DNA of 64,000 nucleotides from Terriglobia bacterium (lineage in GTDB: Bacteria > Acidobacteriota > Terriglobia > 20CM-2-55-15), in assembly GCA_965198225.1 (NCBI GenBank), contig CBDAOY010000008.1, positions 192,001-256,000 of the forward strand, given 5' to 3'. Below are positions 1-9,634 of this stretch, in pieces. The notes below the pieces were generated by a model. It saw only the letters and a list, made by a program, of their open reading frames with translations, made no database searches and was not told the DNA's origin. The position numbers were made by a program, and so were the translations under genes. Position 1 is the stretch's first letter; every line of letters begins with the position of its first letter.

Positions 1-2208
1 CATCCCCCGGTTCACGTCGACCAGACCGAAACCGAGGAACGGCAGGCCCGGACCTGCCGGGTAGATCCCGTTGATGTCGACTTCGGCGTAGTTGTGCTCG
101 ACGTGCTTCATCGTACCGGCGATGTCGACCACCACCTGGCCCGGGAACTGCCTCCGGTAGGCCAGGATGAACTCGTCGATGTAGGGTTGGCTCAGGTCCG
201 GGTGGAACCGTTGCTTGATCAGCGCGTCTCCCGACCGCGACGACAACTGAATGGTTTCGAACGTGCCGTCAAGATCGTTGTCGTACTCCGTTCGGATCGT
301 TGTCGCACCCGTCGAGGCGAAACGCGTCGGCCCGTCGCGGCCGGTCATTCCCGCGTGCAACCGGACGGCGCTTCCCCGGATCACGTTCTTGGCATCCGCA
401 TCGAGCATGAGCGAAAAGCCCAGGCGTGGCGCGACCTCGGTGCTGTCCTGTCGGGTGAAGTTGAACAACACGTCGTCCCGCTTCACGAAGTCCACGCGGA
501 TACCCAGGTTGAGTGTGAGCCGGTCGATCGGCCTCCACTGATCCTGCACGTAGAACGCGTAGTTGTTCTCGCTGGCATCGATGACGATCGGGTCGAATGG
601 ATCCGCATAGGAGCGGCGGAAAGGAACATGGCCGCCGCTCTTGTTGGCGGAATCGATCAGCACGCGTTGTTCCTGGTAGAAGCCGTTGTTCGAGAAAACG
701 TCCGTCTGGCGGTACAGGCTCCGCGGGGCCGCGAAGAACCCCGTCTTGAGCTCGTGCGACACCCCGCCGCCCTGCATGAAGTAGGTCAGGTCTCCCTTGA
801 ACTCCCAGTGCGAGGATACCTGGTACCGGCGCCGGTCATCGTTGTCGAGGACACCGAGGAGGGTGTCGCCGGAAAGGTTCGATCCGGAGATTGCCGCGTC
901 GTCGTAGATGAGCCTCTCGGGTGTCGTGTTGGCCAGGTCGGCAAAAGTCGCCTCGTTGGCGCCGCTCTTGTCGTTCCAGGAGCCGACGACCTGCGTGCTC
1001 AGGGCCGACGACCAGATCGAATTGAGTTTGGCCGTGTACTGGTAGCCGCCCGTGGAGTTGAACCGAAGGGGCTGGAGAATGTCCTGGTTGTTCTGCTGGT
1101 AGTTGGTCCGGTCGTTGGCCACCGAGAACAGTAGGTTGTGGTTCTGATTCAACTGTGCGGTCATCTTGATGAACCAGTTCTGGGCGTTTGTCTTGTTCTG
1201 GAAGTCTTCCTGACCGGGAGCCAGCGCCGCCCCGTTGTCGATGAAGAACTGGGTCCGGGAGATGAAGTTCTCGATCCGTTGATCCCTGAACGATCCGAAG
1301 AACCAGACTCTATTGCGTACGATCGGCCCCCCCATAGAACCATCGATCATGCCGATGTCTTGCTTGGTCGGCGAGCCGCCGTTGTTCTTGAACGTGTTGG
1401 CGGTGTTGTCGCCGTTCCACTTATTCGGCTGGAAGGCGTAGCTGACCTTGCCGTGAAACTCGTTGCCGCCGCTGGGCGTGACGATGTTGAGCTGGATGCC
1501 GTTGCCCATCGGCAGGGACGCATCGTAGCCGCCGGTCTTGACTTCGACGTCCCCGAGCGTGTCCGTGCTCATGTTGAGGTATGCGGGCTGCGAATCGTAA
1601 TACGACGTCGCCCGCGTCCCGTCCATCTCGATGACGTGGCCGAAGTGGTGGACGCCACGGCCGTAGTACACCTGTCTGCCGCTCTGGTCGTTCCAGGGAC
1701 GGGTGTTGATGCCCGGCTGCATCTCCAGGATGTCACTCCAGTTGCGCCGGGATTGCACCGGAACCGCTCTCTGGAACTCGCCGGCGATGGCCACGGCGCT
1801 CACCGTGGACGTCGTTTCGACCATCGGCGTTTCGGCCGTGACGCTGATCGTCTCGGTCACGGCGCCGACCTGCATCTCGACGTTGATCGTCAGGTTCGTG
1901 CCTGCCCGGACGAGGATTTCCTCACGCCGGTAGGTCGCAAACCCGGGCAGCTCGGCGATCAGGGTGTAGTTGCCCGGTGGCAGGCCGATGATGCGATAGT
2001 TCCCGTTCTCGTCGGAGAACACCTGGCGTTCACCGATCATTTGGTCACTCGAAGCAGTGACCGTGATGCCCGGCAGAACCGCGCCGGACGGGTCCGAAAC
2101 GCGACCGATTAGGCTTCCTGCACCGGTCTGCGCAAAGGCGGCTCCGGTGAACAACAGAACCATTGCCACCGCTAGCCCTGCCTTGAAATAGTTCAACTCA
2201 CTCCTCAT
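1..2208 (-). CDS. TonB-dependent receptor with N-terminal carboxypeptidase-regulatory-like domain (3' end runs off the window)
   Basis: Manual translation from ATG at 2208 (GGGAGG RBS upstream): MRSELNYFKAGLAVAMVLLFTGAAFAQTGAGSLIGRVSDPSGAVLPGITVTA... It is a close paralog of 2548..3735 and 57880..60915. Absent from the ORF track because there is no stop in the window. Confidence 0.88.
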   Translation of the reverse strand, partial: MRSELNYFKAGLAVAMVLLFTGAAFAQTGAGSLIGRVSDPSGAVLPGITVTASSDQMIGERQVFSDENGNYRIIGLPPGNYTLIAELPGFATYRREEILVRAGTNLTINVEMQVGAVTETISVTAETPMVETTSTVSAVAIAGEFQRAVPVQSRRNWSDILEMQPGINTRPWNDQSGRQVYYGRGVHHFGHVIEMDGTRATSYYDSQPAYLNMSTDTLGDVEVKTGGYDASLPMGNGIQLNIVTPSGGNEFHGKVSYAFQPNKWNGDNTANTFKNNGGSPTKQDIGMIDGSMGGPIVRNRVWFFGSFRDQRIENFISRTQFFIDNGAALAPGQEDFQNKTNAQNWFIKMTAQLNQNHNLLFSVANDRTNYQQNNQDILQPLRFNSTGGYQYTAKLNSIWSSALSTQVVGSWNDKSGANEATFADLANTTPERLIYDDAAISGSNLSGDTLLGVLDNDDRRRYQVSSHWEFKGDLTYFMQGGGVSHELKTGFFAAPRSLYRQTDVFSNNGFYQEQRVLIDSANKSGGHVPFRRSYADPFDPIVIDASENNYAFYVQDQWRPIDRLTLNLGIRVDFVKRDDVLFNFTRQDSTEVAPRLGFSLMLDADAKNVIRGSAVRLHAGMTGRDGPTRFASTGATTIRTEYDNDLDGTFETIQLSSRSGDALIKQRFHPDLSQPYIDEFILAYRRQFPGQVVVDIAGTMKHVEHNYAEVDINGIYPAGPGLPFLGFGLVDVNRGM

Positions 2209-2547
2209 AACCATCCTCCCCTTCGGGTGTAGATTGACCGCACACTGCGGGCTGGAGCCGGCAGGTCCGGTAGGTTTGGCTTAGATTGCCACTAAGCTTC
2301 GGTTGTTCTTGCTTAGATTGTGTCTGAGTGTAGTTTTATATCGGTCCAGGGCCGCACTGTCAAGCAGTTACCCGCGCGGACGACCTCCTCTCGCGGCGGC
2401 AGCAGAAGACGCGCCATTCCACTTAATCTTCGTTGAGGGGAAATTTTTTGGCGTTGGCCGGGTATTGACGCGACAGGTAGAGGTTCGGCACGCCCCGATC
2501 GGCCCGGGTCGCGACGGCTGGAAATCTATTCCGCCTTCTTGACGTCC

Positions 2548-3735
2548 CTAGTTCGATCCCATCAACCGAACGACGCCGATTCCGTCCTCGAAAATGCGCT
2601 CGTGGATGCGCTCGTGGTTCTGCTGGTACTCGGTGCGATCGTTCGCGACGGAAAAGAGCAGGTTGTGGTTCTGGTTGAGCTGCGACGTGACCTTGACGAA
2701 CCAGTTCTCCGCGCTCGTGTCGTTGGTGAAGTCTTCGTAATTGGGAACCAGGGCCCTGCCCCGCCGGATAAATTCGTCGGACCGGGAGATGAAGTTCTTG
2801 ATGCGGTTGTCGCGGAACGACGTGAAGAACCACACCCGGTCGCGAGCGATCGGTCCGCCCACCGACACGTCGAGGATGCCGACATCCTGGACGGTCGGCA
2901 CGCCGCCGAGGTCGAGGAAGGTGCCCTGGGAATTGTCGCCGTTCCATTTTGTGGGCTGGAACGCGTAGGCGACTTTCCCGTGGAACTCGTTCCCACCGCT
3001 GGGCGTGACGATGTTCAACTGGATACCGTTGCCCATCGGCAGCGACGCGTCGTAGCCGCCGGTCTTGATTTCGACGTCCCCGAGGTTGTCGGTGCTCATG
3101 TTCAGATACGCCGGTTGCGAGTCGTAGTACGACGTCGCCCGCGTCCCGTCCATCTCGATGACGTGACCGAAATGGTGCACGCCGCGACCGTAGTACACCT
3201 GGCGGCCGCTCTGATCGGTCCACGGCCGCACGTTGATGCCGGGTTGCATCTCCAGAATGTCGGCCCAGTTCCGCCGCGGCTGCAACGGGATCTCTCGCTG
3301 GAACTCACCGGCGATGGCCACGGCGCTCACCGTGGACGTCGTTTCGACCATCGGCGTTTCGGCCGTGACGCTGATCGTCTCGGTCACGGCGCCGACCTGC
3401 ATCTCGATGTTCACCGTCAGGTTCGTGCCGGCACGCACCAGGATTCCTTCGCGCTGATAAGTGGCGAACCCCGGCAATTCGCCGGTCAACGTGTATTCGC
3501 CCGGCGGCAAGGTGATGATCCGAAAGTTCCCGTTCTCGTCGGAGAACACCTGGCGTTCGCCGATCAGGGCGGGACTCGTGGCCGTGATCGTGATGCCGGG
3601 CAGAACCGCGCCCGACACGTCCGTGACACGACCGATTAGACTACCGGCACCGGTCTGAGCAAAAGCGACTCCGGTGAACAATAGAGCCATTGCTACCGCC
3701 AGCGCGGCTTTAAAAAAGCTGAACTCATTCCTCAT
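2548..3735 (-). pseudogene. Truncated TonB-dependent receptor (signal peptide, carboxypeptidase-regulatory domain, plug, start of barrel only)
   Basis: 395 aa, versus about 1000 aa for the paralog at 57880..60915. Highly similar to the N-terminal part of 1..2208, but stops early in the barrel and lacks the terminal Phe. Confidence 0.7.
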
Positions 3736-4082
3736 AGCCTTTCTCCCATTCGGGTGTAGTTTTAGCGCGTACTGCGGGCGAAGAGCCTGCAGCTTCGGTT
3801 GAGTTTTTGTGGATTACCTTTGGCTAGCTTTTATACGAACCTCATGGCCGTGTCAAGGAATTCGAAGGAGGTGCTGTGGAGCCCCTTATCCTACACATGG
3901 CAGTCAATTTAGTCGACGGTGGCCAACCCGAATTCCTTTGACTTCACTCGAGGGTTCGACCGACAATTGCGGATGCTGAGCCGCGATCCATATATACCTG
4001 CTTTGTCTCGTTGCGGCTGATCTCCTGATGCGCGAGTTCCTTCCACCAGACAAAGCCATCCACCATCCGTAAGGGAGGTGCA

Positions 4083-5771
4083 ATGTCCAAATACCTAGTA
4101 CGCTTTCTATATCCGCTCCTGGGTTTGGCGATCCTGGCGGCGATTTCTAGCGAACCCCTGACGGCCCAGTATCCCGGTCGCAGCCAGCAGCGCGGGCCGA
4201 CGGCCCAGCGCCAGGGCCGTGCTGAAGCGGGTGCCGGCGGGCAGCAGCAGATCCAGGTTCCCGGTCCAATCAAGGACTTTCTTGGAACCACCGACGAGGT
4301 GATCCCGCCCGTTCCCATGACCGGTGTGCCGGCCAAGGCCCCCACGACCGACACCTATTACTACGACCGTGCCGTCGAGGACATGCTCCCCGACGAGTTC
4401 ATGTCGAATCCGGACGCGGAGTTCGACTGGAACACACTAAAGGCGTGGCATGTCCCGCCGCTGTTGAAATCGGTTCGGATCATCGGTCCGCGCAGGGTCG
4501 AAGCGGGTGCGACGATTCAGTACGAGGCCGAGGTGGCCGATCCGACGGCGACGACGACGGCCGCCTACCTGCGCTACTACGGCCCGAAAGGACGCCGCAG
4601 CTCGCCGCAGGCGACGTTCAAGCCGATCGCGGAAGGCTCCATGTTCCTGCGCGGAACCTTGAAGATTCCCGAGCATGCCGAGCCCGGTGTCTACCGGCAC
4701 ATCCGCTTCGGAATCACGAATGCGGTCCGAAGCGCGAAGGCTTATTTCTCCGATTATCATCCCGCAATGCGCGGGCAGCCTCTCGAAGTCGAAGTGCTGC
4801 CGAACCCGAACGTCGACGTCATCCCGCCCACGATGCACTGGCTGAGGCTCGGCGCGATGGATCGAACCGACGACAGTCTGATCACCCAGCCGATCGGGCG
4901 TGCGATCCCGATCTACGCCCACGTGACCGACAATCTCTCCGGAGTTGAAACCGTGAAGCTCCGGATGAACAAGCGGGACGTGAACAAGTTCCAGGAGTTT
5001 GAGCTGAAACCGCTGATGGGACAGGAAGATGTCTACGTCGGCTATCTGAATGTCCCGAAGTGGTGGGAGTCGGGCGTGTATCAGGTGACGACGGTCACGC
5101 TCGAAGACAAAGCCGGCATGCAGGTTTACCACTATTTCGCGACGAACGAGATGGTCGGCCACGCCCGGGTGCGTCTGGAGAACGATCCCGAAATGGTCGA
5201 CACGACCGTGCCGCAGCTCATATCGGTGTGGCTCGACAGCGAGACCGGCACGATGGGAGAGCCCGTCACCGTGAGCGCGATCGTCATCGACGACAAGTCC
5301 GGCGTCGGAACCGCCTCGGCGGTCTTCCAGTCGGTGCCGAGTTACCAGAACAACACCAGGGTGGTCTTGAGGAAGGTGCAGAACCCGGATGTCATCATGA
5401 AGTCCGGATTCGACACCGATCTGAACCTGTACCGGGGCGAGCTGGTGACATCGGTATGGCAGGAGCCCGGGCGCTGGCAGTTGATGCGATTTGTCGCCCG
5501 TGACAACGCGGACAATTTTCTCGACATGCTGCCTACCCAGCACCCGGAATTTCAGGGCGTGGCGGTGGAGTTCGGCGGCGGGATGCGGTTGCGGGAGAAG
5601 ATACTCGCCGTCATTTCAGACGGTGCCGGCGCCGGAACGCTCGACACGATGAGCCTCCCCGCGGCCGCCGCACCCGCCGCGCAACCCGCTGAGCCGGGAA
5701 AGATTCGTCGGATCGATATGATACCGCCCCACCCACCGCGCGGGGCGTGTCTGAATTGCCACGAACCGTAG
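4083..5771 (+). CDS. Exported protein with three Ig-like repeats and a C-terminal single haem c motif
   Basis: Signal peptide and GGAGG RBS. Three ~120-aa repeats with shared motifs (D..SGV, E[PS]G[VR][YW]). Ends in PPHPPRGACLNCHEP. Confidence 0.75.
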   Translation: MSKYLVRFLYPLLGLAILAAISSEPLTAQYPGRSQQRGPTAQRQGRAEAGAGGQQQIQVPGPIKDFLGTTDEVIPPVPMTGVPAKAPTTDTYYYDRAVEDMLPDEFMSNPDAEFDWNTLKAWHVPPLLKSVRIIGPRRVEAGATIQYEAEVADPTATTTAAYLRYYGPKGRRSSPQATFKPIAEGSMFLRGTLKIPEHAEPGVYRHIRFGITNAVRSAKAYFSDYHPAMRGQPLEVEVLPNPNVDVIPPTMHWLRLGAMDRTDDSLITQPIGRAIPIYAHVTDNLSGVETVKLRMNKRDVNKFQEFELKPLMGQEDVYVGYLNVPKWWESGVYQVTTVTLEDKAGMQVYHYFATNEMVGHARVRLENDPEMVDTTVPQLISVWLDSETGTMGEPVTVSAIVIDDKSGVGTASAVFQSVPSYQNNTRVVLRKVQNPDVIMKSGFDTDLNLYRGELVTSVWQEPGRWQLMRFVARDNADNFLDMLPTQHPEFQGVAVEFGGGMRLREKILAVISDGAGAGTLDTMSLPAAAAPAAQPAEPGKIRRIDMIPPHPPRGACLNCHEP

Positions 5772-5839
5772 AGATTCTTGTTTACTAATGCCTGTGTGAC
5801 CGCTTTATTTGGTTTTTCAAGATTCTGGAGGAGCCGAGT

Positions 5840-7015
5840 ATGGATAGACGAAATTTCATTAAAACGATGGGTGTTGCCGGAGCCGGCAGTCTCGCTGCCG
5901 CGCAGGTGGCCCCCGCTGCCCCCGCTCCCGAGTTCAAGACCAAACACCTGATCTGGATCATGAACGGGAACGGGAAGCGGAAGAAAGAGTTCATCGAGAA
6001 CCCGGAGCTGCAGCCCAACTACGCCCGGATCGTCCGAGAAGGTTTCGTGTTCGAAGAGGACCACAACAACACCGTCTCTGAACACGGGAACTCTTGGACC
6101 GAATACCTGATGGGCCATCAGGCCCAGGGCGGGGTTCCGCTCTACCCGACGCCGCCCAACTACGTCCGCAAGCATCACGGCGACAAAGCCACGAACTATT
6201 TCTACCTGAACGGCGTCAGCTACTACCGCCAGTGGAGGTTCAGCGAGAAGTACTTCACGTGGCATCCCGACTACGGGGAAGACACCCGGCCGATCAGCTT
6301 CACGGCGACCCACATCTTCAACGAGATGTTCAACAAGGGACGGGATCCACGCACGATCGTTCGCGAAGAGTTTCCGGACATGGGTGTGACGGAAGCCGAA
6401 TTCAAGCAACTCGAGGAATTCGTCGACGACGCTCAGAAGCGCCGTCTGTATGACGTCACGGGACTCCATAACAAGGCCATTCCACGCGACCCGTTTCTGG
6501 GCGATGCGATGGCTCTGCAGCTGTTGCCCGCCGTCATGCAGGCGTTCAAGCCCCGGATGTTGCTCTTCCAGCAGGTCGGGCACGACACCGGTCACGGGGC
6601 GGGCGGCTATCTGCGGCAGCAGACCGGCTACCACGAATACGAACGTGTGGCCAGGAGCACCGACGAGCAGCTGGGTCTTCTGTTCGACTTCATCAAGAAC
6701 GACCCCTACTTCAGCCAGAACACGGCCATCGTGATCCGGCCGGAGTTCGGACGTGACGACGAAGTCAACCTCTACGGTGAAGTGCACCACTCTTCGGGCT
6801 ACTACTACTGCCAGCGGTCGGCCAGCATCTGGTACGGGCCCGACTTCAAGGTAGGAAGCAGCAAAGATCTGGTCAACCGGCTCGACGTCGCCCCGACGAT
6901 AACGAAGCTCATGGGCGGCGACGCGACGTACTCGGAAGGACTGTTCCGTCCGCAGATGCTCAAAGACGATCTGGCGGCCGAGTTCGAACCGTACCAGAGC
7001 TACACGGTAGGCTGA
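5840..7015 (+). CDS. Tat-exported DUF1501/alkaline-phosphatase-superfamily-like protein
   Basis: MDRRNFIK twin-arginine signal; TAIVIRPEFGRD motif (cf. DUF1501 xEFGR); HDTGH and EVHH candidate metal ligands; C-terminal LDVAPTI as in AP-superfamily proteins. Confidence 0.62.
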   Translation: MDRRNFIKTMGVAGAGSLAAAQVAPAAPAPEFKTKHLIWIMNGNGKRKKEFIENPELQPNYARIVREGFVFEEDHNNTVSEHGNSWTEYLMGHQAQGGVPLYPTPPNYVRKHHGDKATNYFYLNGVSYYRQWRFSEKYFTWHPDYGEDTRPISFTATHIFNEMFNKGRDPRTIVREEFPDMGVTEAEFKQLEEFVDDAQKRRLYDVTGLHNKAIPRDPFLGDAMALQLLPAVMQAFKPRMLLFQQVGHDTGHGAGGYLRQQTGYHEYERVARSTDEQLGLLFDFIKNDPYFSQNTAIVIRPEFGRDDEVNLYGEVHHSSGYYYCQRSASIWYGPDFKVGSSKDLVNRLDVAPTITKLMGGDATYSEGLFRPQMLKDDLAAEFEPYQSYTVG

Positions 7016-7047
7016 GAAGCAGGCCGGACAACAAGACGACATCGTGA

Positions 7048-7078
7048 GCGCCAGGCGGTCGCCCGCCTGGCGTTTTTT
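7048..7078 (+). terminator. Intrinsic terminator
   Basis: GCGCCAGGCGG-tcgc-CCGCCTGGCGT followed by a T-run, 33 bp after the stop at 7015. Confidence 0.8.
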
Positions 7079-7083
7079 CGTGG

Positions 7084-7238
7084 GTAGGTGCGGTCTATGA
7101 CCGCACAATTCTCGAACCGAAACACGTGCGCTCATAGAGCGCCCCTACACTCGGAGCAAGATGTTGCAAAAGTGTAGGTGCGGTCTATGACCGCACAATC
7201 TTTGAACCGAGACGTGTGCGCTCATAGGGCACCCCTAC
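7084..7238. repeat. Two REPIN-like doublets (GTAG-type REPs)
   Basis: GTAGGTGCGGTCTATGACCGCAC ... GTGCGCTCATAGAGCGCCCCTAC occurs twice. The same units recur at 37.5-38.4 kb, 46.0 kb and 55.6 kb. Confidence 0.85.
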
Positions 7239-7996
7239 ACCTGATCCGTAATCTCGATCCCGAAATACCGTTTGAGGGCATCGGTCCGCTCGAGGTCCGT
7301 TGCCAGCTCGCAATCCTCGGTCTCGTCGCCCTTGGTGGTGCTCAGGTGCATGTCCCGCAGGGTCACCCGGCCGTCCTCTGTCGCGATGGTCGCCACCTGA
7401 TGTTTTGGGAACGGGGAATCGGGTGACGTCTGGTGGTACCGGCACATACCCTCGAATTCACCGGCGTCGCGGGGAGTGAGGGTGAACAGGTATCGCGGGG
7501 TCCACGCGGCTTGCGTCCGGCCTACGTACAGCGCATGGTCTTCGTCTCGGGCTCCGACCCGGTACATCCGCCCCTCCGAGGCAACCACGTTCGACCCGTC
7601 GATTCGCAGGGGTTCCCTTGCCGACTGGCCGTTCCCGACGTCGACGAGGTAATCCTCGTCGAGATGCACCTGCAGGACCATGTGATCGAACTCGGGATTG
7701 ACCTCATCCCCGTTCAGCATTCGCGCCGAAAGGTACGCAACCTGAAAGCCGATCGCCGTCAGCAGTCGAGAGAAGAGAATATTGCACTCGTAGCAGAACC
7801 CGCCCCTCCGTTTCGATACGATCTTTTCAAAGATTCCCTCCGGGGAAAGTACGATCTTTCGCCCGAGGTGGATGTCGAGGTTCTCGAACGGCACGTGGAT
7901 CAGGAATGCGAGCTGCAGATCTCGCAGCACATCAATGTTCGGCGTTCGCTCGCCGCTGTAGCCGATCCGCTCCATGCATCGGTCGAGATCCATCAC
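7235..7996 (-). CDS. Arylamine N-acetyltransferase family protein
   Basis: VPFENL, RRGGFCYE (catalytic Cys), DHM and LVDVG give the Cys-His-Asp triad. Confidence 0.92.
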   Translation of the reverse strand: MMDLDRCMERIGYSGERTPNIDVLRDLQLAFLIHVPFENLDIHLGRKIVLSPEGIFEKIVSKRRGGFCYECNILFSRLLTAIGFQVAYLSARMLNGDEVNPEFDHMVLQVHLDEDYLVDVGNGQSAREPLRIDGSNVVASEGRMYRVGARDEDHALYVGRTQAAWTPRYLFTLTPRDAGEFEGMCRYHQTSPDSPFPKHQVATIATEDGRVTLRDMHLSTTKGDETEDCELATDLERTDALKRYFGIEITDQV

Positions 7997-8126
7997 GTGA
8001 CGCTCCGGTCCCCAGCCGCGAGAACCCCTGCGGTGTTCGAGGAACTTTGGCCGTTGTCAAATCTGAAAACCCGAATATACTGCCAATCTCGAAACTACTC
8101 CAACTAGGCTGAAAGGTGATGATTCA

Positions 8127-9614
8127 GTGTCTAAACCGTCCGACAGCACTTCTCCGTCCGGTTCTCCCGCGAGCCGGAACACCTCTTCAGACTCGAAACC
8201 GGCGCACCTGATCCACACCATAGCGGGGCCGATCGTCTTCCTGTTGATGCTCGTGGTGCCCGTAGAGTCCATGACCTACGAGATCCGCTGTAGTATCGGG
8301 CTGCTGTTGTGGATGGCGTGGTGGTGGATCACCAGGCCGGTCCATCTCGCCGTCACCGGCTTTCTACCTCTGGTCGTGGTGGCTCTCTTCAATTTTGCAC
8401 CCTTAGCGCGCATTCTCCCGGCCTACGCGGCGGAACTGGTGATTCTCCTGCTGTCGGCCAACGTCCTGACGACTGTCTGGACCCGGTGGGGGCTGGATCG
8501 CCGTATCGCCCTCGCTTCGCTCATCGGGGTCGGCACGAATACGACCCGGCAGATCCTGGCGTGGTTTGCGATCAGCATGATCATGAGCGCCTTTCTTCCG
8601 AACACGATCGTCGCGGCGACGATGATTCCGATCGTCGTGGCGATGCTCCGGTTCATCGGCATCGAGGACCTGTGGGAGAGCAACCTCGGCACCGCGCTCG
8701 TCATCGCCGTGGCATGGGGGACCAGCGCTGGCGGAGCGACGACACCTCTGGGCGGTGCTCCGAACCTGCTCACGGTCGAGTTCATCCAGGAGACCGTCAC
8801 CGGAAGGGAGTTCCTGTTCGTCACCTGGGTCACCCGTTTTCTGCCGCTCAGCCTGGCCGTGATGATCGTGACTTTTCTGTTCGTTCGGTTCGCGTTCAAG
8901 CCGGAGATCGCTGAAGTAGAAGGCACGCGAGATTATTTTGTCGGGGAATTGAAAGCGCTTGGATCGATGAGCATCCAGGAAAAGTGGGGTTTCTTTCTAT
9001 TCTCTATGGCTGCCTTGCTCGCGTTCACCCGGCCGCTGTACGCGGCCGCATTCCCCGCATTCAGCCCCGCCTACGCGTTTCTCAGTTTCGCACTGCTCTG
9101 TTTCCTGATTCGGCCGCGGGGTGAGAACCTCATGACCTGGGAGTACGCCCAGGGGAAGATGATGTGGGGACTGTTCTACCTGTTCGCCGGCGGCACCGCC
9201 CTGGGCCGGATCCTGAGCGAGACGGGCACGGCCGCCTACGTCGCGGACGTCCTGCTGCCCTACGCCAGCGGCGGCGGGTTTCTCGCGGTTGTCGTGTTTT
9301 CGGTGTTGACGCTGTTGATGACCCAGATCACCAGCAACACCGCGGCCGTCGCCGTCACGGTTCCGATCACGATCAGCACGTTCCAGAGCCTCGGCTTGAA
9401 CCCTCTGCCGTTCGTCTACATCGTGACGACAATTGGGAACTGTGGGTTCATGCTGCCGACCTCCGCCGGGGGACCTGCCGTCGCCGCCGGCTACGGCATT
9501 AACCTGAAGACGATGTTGATCAAAGGGTTCTGGGCCTGCCTCCTCGTTTTGACCGTGGTCGTTGTGCTGGGATACCTGCTCTCGGTCTACTGGCCGGCTT
9601 TCGGCACGGCCTGA
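8127..9614 (+). CDS. DASS/SLC13 family Na+:sulfate/dicarboxylate symporter
   Basis: Polytopic membrane protein with the SLC13 motifs SAFLPNT, GGATTPLGGAPN, TQITSNTA and GFMLP. Confidence 0.88.
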   Translation: MSKPSDSTSPSGSPASRNTSSDSKPAHLIHTIAGPIVFLLMLVVPVESMTYEIRCSIGLLLWMAWWWITRPVHLAVTGFLPLVVVALFNFAPLARILPAYAAELVILLLSANVLTTVWTRWGLDRRIALASLIGVGTNTTRQILAWFAISMIMSAFLPNTIVAATMIPIVVAMLRFIGIEDLWESNLGTALVIAVAWGTSAGGATTPLGGAPNLLTVEFIQETVTGREFLFVTWVTRFLPLSLAVMIVTFLFVRFAFKPEIAEVEGTRDYFVGELKALGSMSIQEKWGFFLFSMAALLAFTRPLYAAAFPAFSPAYAFLSFALLCFLIRPRGENLMTWEYAQGKMMWGLFYLFAGGTALGRILSETGTAAYVADVLLPYASGGGFLAVVVFSVLTLLMTQITSNTAAVAVTVPITISTFQSLGLNPLPFVYIVTTIGNCGFMLPTSAGGPAVAAGYGINLKTMLIKGFWACLLVLTVVVVLGYLLSVYWPAFGTA

Positions 9615-9634
9615 GGGGACGCGGGGACTTCTAG

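Noticed and set aside
94-3639. Long plus-strand ORFs (94..1134, 1138..2112, 2539..3639) and similar shadow ORFs throughout the window
   Set aside because: They are antisense shadows of high-GC genes, with no motifs, RBS or plausible composition.
5720-5771. Evidence for magnetotaxis
   Set aside because: Only a single magnetochrome-like motif is present, with no PDZ/protease domains or other mam genes in the window.
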